25,944 nucleotides of DNA, from assembly GCA_018985225.1 (NCBI GenBank), contig JADGIF010000054.1, positions 1 through 25,944 on the forward strand, written 5' to 3'. Made by a program: the position numbers and the translations under genes. This document shows positions 1 through 11,600 of this stretch, one piece after another. How positions within the stretch are numbered: position 1 is the first letter of the stretch; every line of letters starts with the position of its first letter. The notes under the pieces were generated by a model. The model had not been told where the DNA came from. It saw nothing but the letters and a program-made list of their open reading frames with translations, and did no database searches. The DNA is from Amoeboradix gromovi X-113. Taxonomy: Eukaryota; Fungi; Sanchytriomycota.

Positions 1-2
1 GA

Positions 3-270
3 TGTACAGAAATACTTGTCATTGATGAGTACTGAGGACATTGCATTTTGTTCCATTCGTAATATCCAGAAAAGAAGAGCATTATATACAAAAAGAAATT
101 TACTCTCGATAGATGGTTTATTCAATGAAATTCATTATCTGTTGCTGTTTAAAATTTTACGAAATAAAAAAGGAATCAAAGTTGGCATCCATAAGTGCTA
201 CCTGGCTATCCTAATTATACTTTGGTAGTCAGGACACCTACCCATTTCTAAGAAGTTTTTACTGACAACG
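3..270 (+). pseudogene. Degraded Fanzor1-like (TnpB-family) C-terminal remnant
   Basis: 3-35 reads CTEILVIDEY* (RuvC-II-type IDEY motif). After a frameshift come FCSIRN (46-63, degenerate CxxC), EIHYLL, and a broken RN-KLASIS (171-196) where the NRDxxA RuvC-III motif is expected. Contains stops and frameshifts and is truncated by the window start. Confidence 0.5.
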
Positions 271-467
271 AACCAAATCGTTCCAACTGTTGAATTTATG
301 CTAGAAAACCATGACCAAACCAGGTTGCAGTGATTAAAATGGCCTAACCATTATTTAATCTGAGCTCCGGTTTACTGTATATGATCTACCTCTTTACAAA
401 CTAGATTATTTAATTTTTATAGTGAGTGTGCCAAAGAGGATAAAACATTTCAATTTCTAGTCTTTCA

Positions 468-1007
468 ATGAACGAGTTAAAGAATAGACTTGAAAAGGAT
501 ATTAAAACGAGTAACATAAAAGATGTCAGTTTAGCAACTCGCAATGGTACTAGTAGTATTGGGATCCAAGTTGAGTCATCAAACATTGCTTTTCAATGTA
601 GCATATGTTTTGAACTTGCTTATTCTCCTGTAGTTACCAAGTGTGGCCATTTGTACTGCTTTAAATGCATAAAATCGTGGTTTGATATAAATTATAAACT
701 TACGTGTCCTGTGTGCAAAGTCAATAGCGGATTTAATCAACTTATTCCCATTTATACCAACTTTGATGAGAAGCACGATTTTGACAGCAAACTTCCAGAA
801 ATACCACAAGAGGAATATAATCATAGAAATAGACCCAATAGAAACCCATTTCAACACTTTAATCCATTCTCAGGCTACATGAACAATGCAGATCATGATT
901 TCGTCTTTTATTTCAACGGGATTCCGGTACATACCAGCTCTAGAGGTGGCCTATTACTACTTTGGGGTGTAGTCATATTATTTTTTGTTATTGCCCTGCC
1001 ATTTTAA
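468..1007 (+). CDS. C3HC4 RING E3 ubiquitin ligase, RNF5/RNF185/RMA1-like, tail-anchored
   Basis: FQCSICFELAYSPVVTKCGHLYCFKCI...CPVCK...LIPIY RING signature plus a C-terminal hydrophobic TM segment. Confidence 0.85.
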   Translation: MNELKNRLEKDIKTSNIKDVSLATRNGTSSIGIQVESSNIAFQCSICFELAYSPVVTKCGHLYCFKCIKSWFDINYKLTCPVCKVNSGFNQLIPIYTNFDEKHDFDSKLPEIPQEEYNHRNRPNRNPFQHFNPFSGYMNNADHDFVFYFNGIPVHTSSRGGLLLLWGVVILFFVIALPF

Positions 1008-1073
1008 GTTGCTCACTGCGCATTAGATATTTATATTTAATTAATAAATTATTTTTGCAATATTTCTTGAAAC

Positions 1074-4000
1074 ATGGCAACACAATCTAAAATTGACATC
1101 TTCATTGATAGAGGTGGTACATTTACCGACTGTGTTTACAGTCAGCATAATAGGCTGCATAAGTTTAAGACTCCTTCTTCAGATTCCAGTATAGCCGAAT
1201 GTTTGCTTACCACTTCAAAGTCAACGGGTAAAGTTCCTCTCGATTTATTTAACAGAATAGTTGTGTCTAGCACATTGGCCACTAACACGCTGTTGGAAGA
1301 GTCGGGACCGCCAGTAGCTCTCTTTGTCACGAAGGGCTTTAAAAACGTACTTGACATTGGGGATCAAAGAAGACCAGAAATATTTAATTTTAACATTCCA
1401 AACAAAAAGATTCTTTACAGCCATGTTTTCGAGATTGATGAGCGCATCACTCTTGTAAACAGCAAATTTTCCAACATCCCAATTCAAAGTGAATTTGAAT
1501 CTCCAATAACTTCAGGAAACATCAGTTCTATCATGAAGCAGCTAAAAGAGTTAAATATTCGTCACGTAGCATTGTCACTAGTGCACTCAGTTATCCAGCC
1601 TAAGCACGAGCTACAAATTATGTCTGTCTTATCAAGCAACAATTTTGAAGTGTACTCTTCCCATATTTACCCTATCAGAAATTATCTAAATCGCACTTTA
1701 ATTACAGTTCTAGATGCTTATTTAACACCGGTAGTCCAAAATGCTCTGGATTCGCTGTACAGCCAATTTGACGATCCTATAAAGGCCAAGAATAAAATAT
1801 TTATGATGACCTCCACGGGTGTCGTCAAATTGGCAAAGATGACTACTGGTACTGACGCCTTACTTAGTGGGCCAGCTGGTGGGATGGTTAGCCTACAGTC
1901 TCTCTATTCCTGTACCGCCAAAATCCCATTAATTGGTTTAGATATTGGTGGTACTTCTACTGATCTAAGCAGATATGGTGGGTCTAAAATAGAACGATCT
2001 TTGGAATACAAACATGGAGATTTACTCATATCTTTGCCATTTGTAGATATTACTACTCTAAGTGCTGGAGGGGGTTCCATCTGTAAATTCAAGAATGGCT
2101 TATTACAAGTAGGTCCATCAAGCGTAGGTAGCTACCCAGGTCCATTGATGTATGACAGAAATGGTGCTGATGTCAGTATATCAGATTGTAATGCTGTTCT
2201 AGGGTACCTACAACCAGGGTGCTTTCCAAAGTTGTTTGGGCACGACAGCAATCAACCTTTAAACATAAACGCATCAGTGAAAGGACTAGAATTACTAACT
2301 GATCAAATAAATTCATTCTACTCCACTGATCAATCCATATTTGAAGTTGCAAATGGATTCTTATCGATTGCGTGTCATTTAATGGCAAGTAAAATCAAAT
2401 CTATTACTCAATACAAAGGATATGCAACCAGAGACCATATTCTAGACAGTTTTGGAGGTGCTGGTAGTCAGTTAGTCTGCCTTTTAGCTGATTTGTTGGA
2501 TATTGAGACAATTTTGATTCATGAGTTCAGTAGTGTACAATCGGCTTATGGCATAAGCCAGGGTGACATAATGGTAGATAATGCTATTAGCACAGATTTG
2601 ACTATCAGCAGCACCAATGAGATCGTTGAAATTGTAAACAAGCTCAAAATTAAAAATGAAAGGGAGTGCTTGGAAGTCTACAACCAGTCAGGTATACATT
2701 CCGTGTTTTTGAACTGTAGATACATAGGCAGCAATACAGATATAGAAGTGCCATACTTAGATGCCATTGAAACCTTTGAACTTGAGCACACAAAGCTTTT
2801 TGGCTTTAAAATGGATAGAGAAATATCAGTTGTGATGGTCAGGGTAAGAACCGTTATTGAGCAAACTAAGCAGCCGTGCCAACTGTATGATGACTACTTG
2901 GATCATAAAAATAAATTAGAGCTGGCTCCAGAAACTACTCTGTGGCATGAATGTTACTTTGATAAATTAAGAAGGGTCCCATTTTATCAACTGCAAGATT
3001 CTAGAATGAAAAAGGTTAAAGGTCCGTGTGTTTTGTATGATATAAATAGCACAATAGTAGTTTATCCGCAATATACAGCATATGTAGTATGTGATGGATG
3101 TGTGTTGGTTAAAGATGGTAGAGCAAGAGAGAATGCGAATAGTAGTATAGAATTGAGTGTATTTAGCAACAGATTCATGGCTATTGCGGAGGAAATGGGA
3201 CAAGTTTTACAGAAAACGGCTGTAAGTGTAAACATCAAAGAAAGATTAGATTTCAGTTGCGCATTGTTTAATGAGCAAGGGGATTTAATAAGTAATGCAC
3301 CACACATACCGGTGCATTTGGGAAGTATGTCGATATGTGTGAAAGAAGCCATAATAAATAGGCATGAAATGCTCCCAAATCAGGTCTATTGCACCAATGA
3401 TCCCGCTCTGGGTGGAAGCCATCTACCAGACATAACAGTTGTTACTCCTATCTTTTACAATGACAGACTTGTAGGATTTACGGCTTCAAGAGCCCACCAT
3501 GCTGATGTGGGAGGGACAACCCCGGGGTCGATGCCTTGTGATTCAAAGTTCCTTGAAGATGAAGGACATGTATTGAAAAGTATACTTATTATAAAAGATG
3601 GGGAGTTTTTATTAGAAAACCTGCAGGGCTTGCTTAAACAGTCTAGAAATCCAAATGACAATGTCAGTGATTTAAAAGCTCAAGTAGCTGCCAATAACAG
3701 AGGAATACAGCTGGTAATGGAACTTATAGGCCAATCAGGCTTAGATAAGATGCACCAGTATATGGATTTGATCATAAAGAATGCTCAATCAGCAGTACAA
3801 AGATTCTTAAATAAAGTAGAGAAAAAACTGGGAAACAGATTGCATGCAATAGACTACATGGATGATGGAAGCGCTATAGAGCTAACTGTTGCTATTAATA
3901 AATCAAATGCTGTTTTTGATTTCACAAATACTGCCACACAAGGATATCATAACTTGAATGCGCCAGTAGCCATAGTGAATAGTGCAGTACTTTACTGTAT

Positions 4001-4706
4001 AAGATGTTTGATAGACGAGCCAATTCCTCTAAATGAGGGATGCTTAAAACCAATCACGCTGATACTACCCGAAAACTGTCTGATAAACCCAAATTTCAAA
4101 GTAAAACATCCACCAGCATGTGTTGGTGGCAATGTTATGACCTCACAAAGAGTGGTAGATGTAATATTTAAGGCTTTTGAAGCCTGTGCTGCTAGCCAAG
4201 GATGCTGCAACAATCTGACATTTGGTATTCAAAGTGGCGAAGGTCACTTTGGATTTTACGAAACTATTTGCGGTGGCGCAGGAGCTAGCGAAATACAAAA
4301 TGGGAAAGACGCAGTGCATACGCATATGACGAACACGAAAATCACCGATGTGGAAGTTCTAGAAAGTAGATATCCGGTGGTATTGCACAGGTTTGAAATA
4401 AGAGAAAATAGTGGCGGAAAAGGAAAAAATACCGGCGGTGACGGAGTCATAAGAAATATTGAATTTTGTAAAGATAACGTCAAGGTAAACATTTTAAGCG
4501 AAAGAAGAAGTTTAGCACCATATGGTCTAAATGGAGGATTGGAAGGAATGAGAGGGAAGAACACATGGATACATCAAGGTATTGAGTTGCAATTAGGAGG
4601 GAAGAATACATTTGTAGCAACTAAGCATGATCAGATAATAATTGAGACTCGTAAATTAAAAATTAATCTAGCTGGTGGTGGTGGATGGGGAAGTTACGTC
4701 GAATAA
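1074..4706 (+). CDS. OXP1: 5-oxoprolinase (hydantoinase A/B fusion); exons 1074-4650 and 4672-4706
   Basis: IDRGGTFTD, LSGPAGG, DIGGTSTD, SVNIKERLDFSCA, HHADVGG and HTHMTNT motifs. Splicing restores the terminal IETPGGGGWG. Confidence 0.95.
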   Translation: MATQSKIDIFIDRGGTFTDCVYSQHNRLHKFKTPSSDSSIAECLLTTSKSTGKVPLDLFNRIVVSSTLATNTLLEESGPPVALFVTKGFKNVLDIGDQRRPEIFNFNIPNKKILYSHVFEIDERITLVNSKFSNIPIQSEFESPITSGNISSIMKQLKELNIRHVALSLVHSVIQPKHELQIMSVLSSNNFEVYSSHIYPIRNYLNRTLITVLDAYLTPVVQNALDSLYSQFDDPIKAKNKIFMMTSTGVVKLAKMTTGTDALLSGPAGGMVSLQSLYSCTAKIPLIGLDIGGTSTDLSRYGGSKIERSLEYKHGDLLISLPFVDITTLSAGGGSICKFKNGLLQVGPSSVGSYPGPLMYDRNGADVSISDCNAVLGYLQPGCFPKLFGHDSNQPLNINASVKGLELLTDQINSFYSTDQSIFEVANGFLSIACHLMASKIKSITQYKGYATRDHILDSFGGAGSQLVCLLADLLDIETILIHEFSSVQSAYGISQGDIMVDNAISTDLTISSTNEIVEIVNKLKIKNERECLEVYNQSGIHSVFLNCRYIGSNTDIEVPYLDAIETFELEHTKLFGFKMDREISVVMVRVRTVIEQTKQPCQLYDDYLDHKNKLELAPETTLWHECYFDKLRRVPFYQLQDSRMKKVKGPCVLYDINSTIVVYPQYTAYVVCDGCVLVKDGRARENANSSIELSVFSNRFMAIAEEMGQVLQKTAVSVNIKERLDFSCALFNEQGDLISNAPHIPVHLGSMSICVKEAIINRHEMLPNQVYCTNDPALGGSHLPDITVVTPIFYNDRLVGFTASRAHHADVGGTTPGSMPCDSKFLEDEGHVLKSILIIKDGEFLLENLQGLLKQSRNPNDNVSDLKAQVAANNRGIQLVMELIGQSGLDKMHQYMDLIIKNAQSAVQRFLNKVEKKLGNRLHAIDYMDDGSAIELTVAINKSNAVFDFTNTATQGYHNLNAPVAIVNSAVLYCIRCLIDEPIPLNEGCLKPITLILPENCLINPNFKVKHPPACVGGNVMTSQRVVDVIFKAFEACAASQGCCNNLTFGIQSGEGHFGFYETICGGAGASEIQNGKDAVHTHMTNTKITDVEVLESRYPVVLHRFEIRENSGGKGKNTGGDGVIRNIEFCKDNVKVNILSERRSLAPYGLNGGLEGMRGKNTWIHQGIELQLGGKNTFVATKHDQIIIETRKLKINLAGGGGWGSYVE
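4651..4671 (+). other. 21-nt spliceosomal intron (phase 1, in-frame, no stop)
   Basis: GTAAATTAAAAATTAATCTAG. Removal converts IETRKLKINLAGGGGWG to the conserved IETPGGGGWG (C|CT = Pro). Confidence 0.9.
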
Positions 4707-4717
4707 ATTTATTATTT

Positions 4718-5380
4718 TTAAATTTTCAGCAGATCTAGGATTGCTTCTGGATTTGGATCAGCAGCGATGTAAACGGGGCAGTTCATAGATACAGCACTTC
4801 TGGTAGTAGGGCCAATACATATAACTGACTTCCACAGCTTATTTCTAGGAATGCGTCTAGCCATCTCTGGGGAGAAGACAATTAGCTGGGTAAATTCTGG
4901 AACATATCTGTTGAAGTAGTCAGAATCGATAATAAATTTTACAGAATACGTTGGACAAATTACATGTTTGAACTCTTGTAAAAACTGAGGTATTGCCTCA
5001 TGATATTTGTCTCCAGTTAAAAAGAGCACGGGCTCCTTGACTACCAACCTTGAACCCTTTATCTTTTGAATTAGGTCAGAAGCATTTTTACCAACCAAGG
5101 AAGGCATCCTACCAAAGCAATCGTTGAAGTACTGGCTAGTTTGAGGGCCAACTATGAAGACATCTGTTCTTTCATTTATAGAGTTGACATGATGATGCAA
5201 CAGTGCTTTAATAGCATTCTGTGATGATATAAAAATAGTTTTGCTGTCTAATAGTGATGTGTCAAAAACTTGCTCAAATTGTATTTTATAAGTTGGAACG
5301 AATTCGGGATTAAATTTCTTTAGTATTTGCTGATAGTTTAAATCAAAATCTTTCAGAAGAACAGTGCGCAATTGTGACAT
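4718..5380 (-). CDS. HEM4: Uroporphyrinogen-III synthase (HemD/UROS family)
   Basis: IFISSQNAIKAL, VFIVGPQT, GKNASDL, VLFLTGDK, PTYS, IVFSP and CIGPTT motifs. Likely start is MSQLRTVLLK at 5380. Confidence 0.8.
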   Translation of the reverse strand: MSQLRTVLLKDFDLNYQQILKKFNPEFVPTYKIQFEQVFDTSLLDSKTIFISSQNAIKALLHHHVNSINERTDVFIVGPQTSQYFNDCFGRMPSLVGKNASDLIQKIKGSRLVVKEPVLFLTGDKYHEAIPQFLQEFKHVICPTYSVKFIIDSDYFNRYVPEFTQLIVFSPEMARRIPRNKLWKSVICIGPTTRSAVSMNCPVYIAADPNPEAILDLLKI

Positions 5381-5684
5381 GGAGTATGTCGGATTTTTCC
5401 CTAGACTGAATAAAATCCACGATCCCATTACAGCAACAGATATATGTGGATTTAATGCATGTATGGAGAACATAGATAGCAACAGTATTTTGTGCTGCGG
5501 ACAAGATTTGCCACAGATATTACGAATTCCAATTTTGCATAGAGCCGCTGTGGTAAAGTCAAAGGTATTAGAAGTTCCTTCGGATGACGTGTTTTTGGTA
5601 AATGATAAAAACTCTTATTTGAACGAATTAGCTGATTTTATTTCGCTGACACCCAGCTACAAACCTCGAAAATCAAAAAATTAA
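5379..5684 (+). CDS. Small protein, possibly L7Ae-fold (Pop3/Rpp38-like)
   Basis: ICGFNACMENI...ILCCGQDLPQILRIPIL...KVLEVPS resembles the L7Ae pattern (GxNxxxxxxE...LxxxDxxPxxLxxxLP...VP). It fills the HEM4-PDX2 gap and ends 23 bp from the PDX2 stop. Confidence 0.4.
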   Translation: MEYVGFFPRLNKIHDPITATDICGFNACMENIDSNSILCCGQDLPQILRIPILHRAAVVKSKVLEVPSDDVFLVNDKNSYLNELADFISLTPSYKPRKSKN

Positions 5685-5707
5685 GTTTATTTATCATTCG
5701 CAGTAAA

Positions 5708-6394
5708 TTAATTGTATCTTTTGTTTCTAACCATTTCAATAAAATGCGAATGCCACAATGTACAATTTGATAATTCTGGATGAAATGCTGTTGCAAGCCA
5801 ATGCTTTTGCTGAACTGCTATAACACAAGAATTTTCCTTTAGTATATGACCGTCAAACTTCCTATATGATTCCACTACTTCTTTACTTAATTGGCTAATA
5901 ACATGCACTTCTGCAGATAGTATTTTTTCAACAATTGGTGCCCTAATGAAGTATGCAAAAAACGGTTTTGGACTTTCGTTTATGTGCAGCTTTGCTTCCA
6001 TATGCAATCCAAATGAGGCTATCTGTGACCCAAAAAAGTTTCTATCCACAGCTATATCCATGCACATCAATGTCGATTGACCTTGTTTTTTTTGATGATC
6101 TACTTGTTTTGCGAGCAGTATCATACCAGCGCATGTCCCATACACAGGTCTTTTATTTGCAAATTCAACTAAATCTTCCCACAGTCCACATCTTTGAGCT
6201 ATCAATGTGATTGCTGTAGATTCACCTCCTGGAATAATTAGCCCATCACTCTTCCACAATGCTTTCTTGTCTTTCACCTGATGAGTGCTTATACCCAATG
6301 ATTTTAAAATATTCATATGTTCCTCGAACGCACCTTGAAGTGATAAAACGCCAATTGTAATATCGCTATTTACAGGCGATGTAATTTGAGACAT
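5708..6394 (-). CDS. PDX2: Pyridoxal 5'-phosphate synthase glutaminase subunit (PDX2/SNO/PdxT)
   Basis: IGVLSLQGAFEEH, IIPGGEST, GTCAGMI, RNFFGSQ, FIRAP and FHPEL motifs. First in-frame ATG at 6394. Confidence 0.95.
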   Translation of the reverse strand: MSQITSPVNSDITIGVLSLQGAFEEHMNILKSLGISTHQVKDKKALWKSDGLIIPGGESTAITLIAQRCGLWEDLVEFANKRPVYGTCAGMILLAKQVDHQKKQGQSTLMCMDIAVDRNFFGSQIASFGLHMEAKLHINESPKPFFAYFIRAPIVEKILSAEVHVISQLSKEVVESYRKFDGHILKENSCVIAVQQKHWLATAFHPELSNCTLWHSHFIEMVRNKRYN

Positions 6395-6751
6395 GCAATC
6401 AGAAGTTGACCCCTTCTCTCTAGATAGTTCAGTGGTGTACACAATGGATACTCTGAAGGGGCTGCTGCTTTAAAGCTAATTTTTGCCATTCAGTCTCTTC
6501 ATAAAAGATGCAGTATCTCATTAAAATAGCCTGTGAGCGTAGTCATCACCCCATAAACGTCTCTTGGCACCTTTCCCCGAATGAAAGCCATCAAGACGTT
6601 CTGCTTTATGGAATAACGACTTTTCTATACAAACTGATTTACTTGTTTAATTGGCTTTGCTTAAAAGAAGGTTCCACCACTGTCGCATTGTACATCGCAT
6701 ATATTGAACTATTCCAGTTTTTTAAATTTTCATCTCCAGTTGTCTTGCAAT

Positions 6752-8628
6752 ATGCAAAATGAAAAGAAGCTACCAGTTGGTCTCAACAATCTAGGAAATA
6801 CATGTTTTATGAATAGCGCACTGCAATGTCTGATTAGTAGCGATTTGTTTATACATGGCTATCTAGTTCATCATTTTTACAGGAATGAAAATTCGTCAAA
6901 AACTAAAAAAATCAAAAGAGTAGATTTGTTAGATGCTTTGGCCGAGTTTGCAAGTACAAAGTCCAATTCTTTTTCTCCATCAACAATCAAATCTCTCTTA
7001 GCTAACAGAAACCCTCTATTTCGTGGATATGGTCAGCAAGATACTCATGAATTGCTAATCTTCCTTCTCGACGAACTTCATGAAGAATCCAATTTTATTC
7101 TAAAGGACCCTGTTCCTATTCATATTGATGAGAATGATCAGAATCCAGATCCTAGAATAGTTTGGCAAAAGTACAAGCAGAGATTTGATTCGCCCATTAT
7201 TGATCTATTCAGTGGACAATACAAAGGCACTGTTCAGTGCCAAACCTGTAATCATATTTCCAACACCTACGATCCTTTTCAGTTTGTTAGTGTACCTATT
7301 CCGTCGTCTTTAAACATCCTCGTATTTCATGATCAAATTTATGAAGTTAAAATAGCGTTGAGTGAAACAGTCGGCAGCCTAAAAACTAAACTGCTGGAAA
7401 AGTTCAATGTTGAGTTTGTAGTTTGGGATCTTTGGAATCACCGCTTATATAAGGAGAGACCGGACTCGGATTCTCTCGAGCAAGATTTTATTGCTTATCC
7501 GAAAGTTAATAACCCAATTAAACTAAGATTTACGTGCAAGAATGCGAATCTGCCGTACCCATTATTGTTAAATGGCACTGATGATTTGATGGTATTCAAA
7601 AATAAAATCAAGTCATTAATAAATGCTTACACATTTCTGGGAGACATAGAGTTTTCCGACCCTATAAAAGAAAAAGAAGATGCTTTTTATATTGAGCTAG
7701 ACGAACACTTGGACACGCCCAACATTCTTAAAAAGACTACTTTAGATTTGATTGAATCCATTGACTCCAATTTTAAGAATTTTCAGGAAATAGCCGATAA
7801 AAGAAAGAACACTTTAAACCACTCTCATTACACGCTGGAAGATTGCTTGTTATACTTTCTAGAACCCGAAGAGATGAAAGAACAGCAAAACTTATACAAA
7901 TGCCCCATTTGTTCTGATTTCAGGCCAGCGTTAAAGTACACCTTGTTTAATCACATTCCTTCTATATTCTGCTTTCAACTAAAGAGGTTTCAATCGACCA
8001 CTTCAGATTCATATTCGAGGTTGCGTAAAGTTGAGGATTTTATTGACTTTCCATTGGAATTTGACATAAAATCACTGGTAGTGGGTGAGCCGGTAGAAGA
8101 GCCTGTCGATGGCAGTGACTGCAGCGATCCAGACTATTATAAATATGAATTATACGCTGTAGATGTATTTTGTGACTAATTTAGAATCATTACGGTGGAA
8201 TGGGTGGCGGTCATTATACGGCGTATACAAAGCATGATAATATATGGTACGACTGTGATGATAGTCGAGTTACTGCCCTGGGTAACGACCTGACCGCAAA
8301 GGACATAATAAAGTCTAAAAATGCTTATTTGCTGTTTTACAAAAGAAAGAATGCCAATGCTACGGATGTAAAAGAGCATTACAGCAAGTTATTTCCTATG
8401 TTTACAAGCAAAAAAAGGCAGAACATCATTGATAGCGATGATGACTCACTTTACTCACATCACGCAATTAATAGTGAGAATAACAGTGGGATGAATAGCA
8501 AAATGCATAGCACAGTTAACAGTCCGATGATTAGCGACGACGACACTGCGGCATCAATGGGAGCGCCTTTGTCAAAAACGGCTTCGAATATTTCGCAATC
8601 AGGTGAACTAAACATAAACGAGAAGTGA
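6752..8628 (+). CDS. Ubiquitin-specific protease (USP4/11/15, Ubp12-like catalytic domain); exons 6752-8164 and 8185-8628
   Basis: Cys box [21 protein letters not shown], and QLKRF. The His box YAVD|[14 protein letters not shown] is restored by a 20-nt intron that joins two ORF-track entries. Confidence 0.92.
8165..8184 (+). other. 20-nt spliceosomal intron (phase 0)
   Basis: GTATTTTGTGACTAATTTAG with GACTAAT branch site. Removal puts AAT CAT TAC GGT GGA in frame with the ATG at 8200. Confidence 0.93.
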
Positions 8629-8646
8629 ATAAGTACAATAAATTTA

Positions 8647-11600
8647 TTACATAAACGTGATCATAATTACAAAGCAATAAATGTATGTGGCAAAATTTCC
8701 ATTTGACGATTGACTTTCTAGGCTTTTTAATGTATTGACAGACAAGCTGTGAGATACATCATATGTGGATGTGGTATGACTTGCAGACCACATGGTGATA
8801 GTCGATAGTGATTTGTCCACACCCGCAGTTTTATAGTCGCCGACCAACAAGGAAGATATTTGCAAATTCTCTGTTTGATCATTAATCAATCTCAGAATAG
8901 GAAAATAAGTGCCAGCACTTTGAAACGTACCGCAAATCTGTAAACCATTTAAAATCATTGTACTATGGAGGGGAGGTCCCAGGGTATTGTTAGGCAACAC
9001 GAATACGGCGTCGTAAACCGTGTACCGAGCGTCCAATACTATTTGCTGGTTTATATCTAAACAGCCAACAAAAGAATCAACAGGAGACTCAAAAGAAAAA
9101 CTTTTTCCGTCACCCACAAGTTGACCAACAGTCGCTCCACCTAATCTGACAACGGCATAATTGGATGCAGGCAGCCTTTTACTTAATCTAAATCTGCTTC
9201 GAACATAGTTACTAGAAGAGTATTGGCCAGCAGAGAGGAGACCAATCGATACTTTTATAGACGAATTAAAATATGGCGGCAACGTGACATCACACTGACT
9301 AGCTAGCCCAGGATCTGCCCGACAGCTTTTTTGAGGTACAATCGTAATATTTGAAAAGCAGTTGGAATTTGTTGTACAAGAACAAGCAATTTGTTTTATG
9401 GCCAGCAATGGCACTAAAAGAGATTGTTTAATATCATTCAGTAATTTCGATCCTACAATCACATAGGCACTGTTTTCTACCGCACTTTTTAGCCTTTCCT
9501 GAGATATGACCTCGATAAATTTATTTTCACTTGCGTACTCAACATCTTTCCAGTTCCCAGCCATTATTTGACCAAATTTCCAAAACCCTGGGTACCATTT
9601 GTACAAATTTTCTAAATTACTATTACATTTTGAACATTCGGTGGAATTCTTATGAGAATAGAACCAGTTTTTCTTTTCAAAACAACCTTGTCCATGTGCA
9701 GCACATTCTATACTACTTTTTGCTCGAGTTTTCCAAGTCCCGTTGCAATCTGATCTTGAAGTAGATTTGTTGATACATCCTAGCTTGGACCAGCTTGAGT
9801 TTTGCGGACAGCTTCTGTATCCATTCTGATAGTCAAATTCAGTCACACACACACCATCATTTTCAAATGTACAGCTATTGTTCCATTCGCAGTCAGCCTG
9901 ATATTCGTAATCATCACATTCTCCGCTTTCTTTACATTCCTCATCCGTGGCACAATCGGCCCATGGATTCCATTCACAGCTCATAAAGCTGGTTCTGTCG
10001 TCTTTTCCACAGTTGTCATGTGAGTAACTACTGCAAGTGGCAAATGTTCCATTGTTTATATCACAAGCCGCAGTAGTAGAACCATGCAAGATGCAAGTAC
10101 CATTCTGGAAATCACCACTTAAAGAAAGACAGGTGGTATGGTTGCTATTTATTAAACATGCAGATTGCTTTTGAGCATCCCAGTTGCTGCTCAAGCATTT
10201 TGAGCATCCTCTGCTGCAATAGCCACTGTCTTCACATTCTGTAGAATTATTTGTAAAAATTCTTCTGTTATCACAAAATCCTGAAGAGCAGGTGTCGCTG
10301 GAATCTAAATACCCATTTTGGTAGTTCCTACCCAGAGCCAAATTGAATCCGTCTTTTATGGAATATTCTAAATATGCTTCGTTGTAGTTACTGACATTTA
10401 AACTATAGTAAACTCCACAATAAGAATCATTTAACGCTTGCCCCCAATAAAACCAAGGTGCAGTGTCGTTGTTTGGGTCCCTGTACTGATTTCTTTCGTT
10501 GCAGATATCAGGATCTGTATCACTAGTATATGCAAATGTATTACAATTACCAGAGGTACAATACTTCCCGGAGTAGCATTGATCAGAAGTCTTGGCATTC
10601 GGAAACGTGCATTCCGAGTAGTTTCCCCAACTGTAGGTGTAGGTTTGGAAGTATCCTCCACCAGAACTGCAAACTGGCTCGCTCTGAGTCCAGGCTTGAC
10701 ATTTAGAAGGATAGCCAACGTTATAACAGTACCCTGAGTCGCATCTAGCACAAAATGATGGTTCTCGTTCTTTTATAGCGTTACATTGTTGCTCAGTTGT
10801 TTCCTGGTAAGCTTTTATGTTACAAATCTTTTTAGCTAAGCACTTTTCCTCATTAGCTGGAATACATATTTGTTCATAGTATCCATCTTGATTTTTCTGC
10901 CAGCTACACTGTTTTCCACCTTGGGATTGCCAAGCAGTATTACCAACACAGTCAAAATCACTTAGTTTTAATTCAATTGAACGCTTAATAGATTCTAAAT
11001 CGTTTTCATTTGCAGAGGAACTAAATGGTAATTTCAAATCACTCTTGAGCTGGTAGAATAGCTCGGGCTTCATTTCCTTGAGATAACATTGCAACAACAA
11101 AGCAGAGTCCTGCCCCCAAGGTACCATGCACTTTCTGTTTTGATCGCTGCAGTATCCACTCATGCATTGCGAGTTTGTTAAGCAGTCTTGATTGTAAACC
11201 TTGTCGCTACAAGATTGAAAGAAAGCAGTGTATAGCTCAAATGCAGCGCCGGGATCTGCAGAAGATTCTTGAATCTTTTGCTGTCTCAAAGATTCCAGAG
11301 TGCTTATGATTAGGGATTCTACCTTCTCTGGATATTGGCATTGGGATAAGAGATCTTCCTTGATTTGACCAATGACTGGAAAGAGAACTGATCTCATCTT
11401 CGGTGCGCAGCATTGTGTTAAAGAAGCTTCTTGGCTGCAGCAAGGATCAGATTTGTACTCCGGAGCCCCTATGTTGTACTGGCAACTAGCCCCCGTCATT
11501 ACCTCGAGAACTTCATCTTTTTGAGTATACAGGTTACCAACAAAGTTAACACAAGAGGTATATGCCACATTAAATGTAAGACCCCTGAAAATTGATGAGA

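Noticed and set aside
91-100. AAAAGAAATT match to the first 10 nt of the putative guide after 18821
   Set aside because: Short and low-complexity, and the match breaks at position 11; expected by chance. No convincing in-window target was found for any guide.
6410-6510. Hairpin followed by an Sm-site-like AATTTTTG (U5/U4 snRNA candidate)
   Set aside because: Lacks the invariant U5 loop GCCUUUUAC and recognisable U4/U6 pairing segments; the motif is common in AT-rich DNA.
6508-6762. 84-aa plus-strand ORF as an upstream USP exon
   Set aside because: No DUSP/UBL similarity and no splice junction found that joins it to the USP frame.
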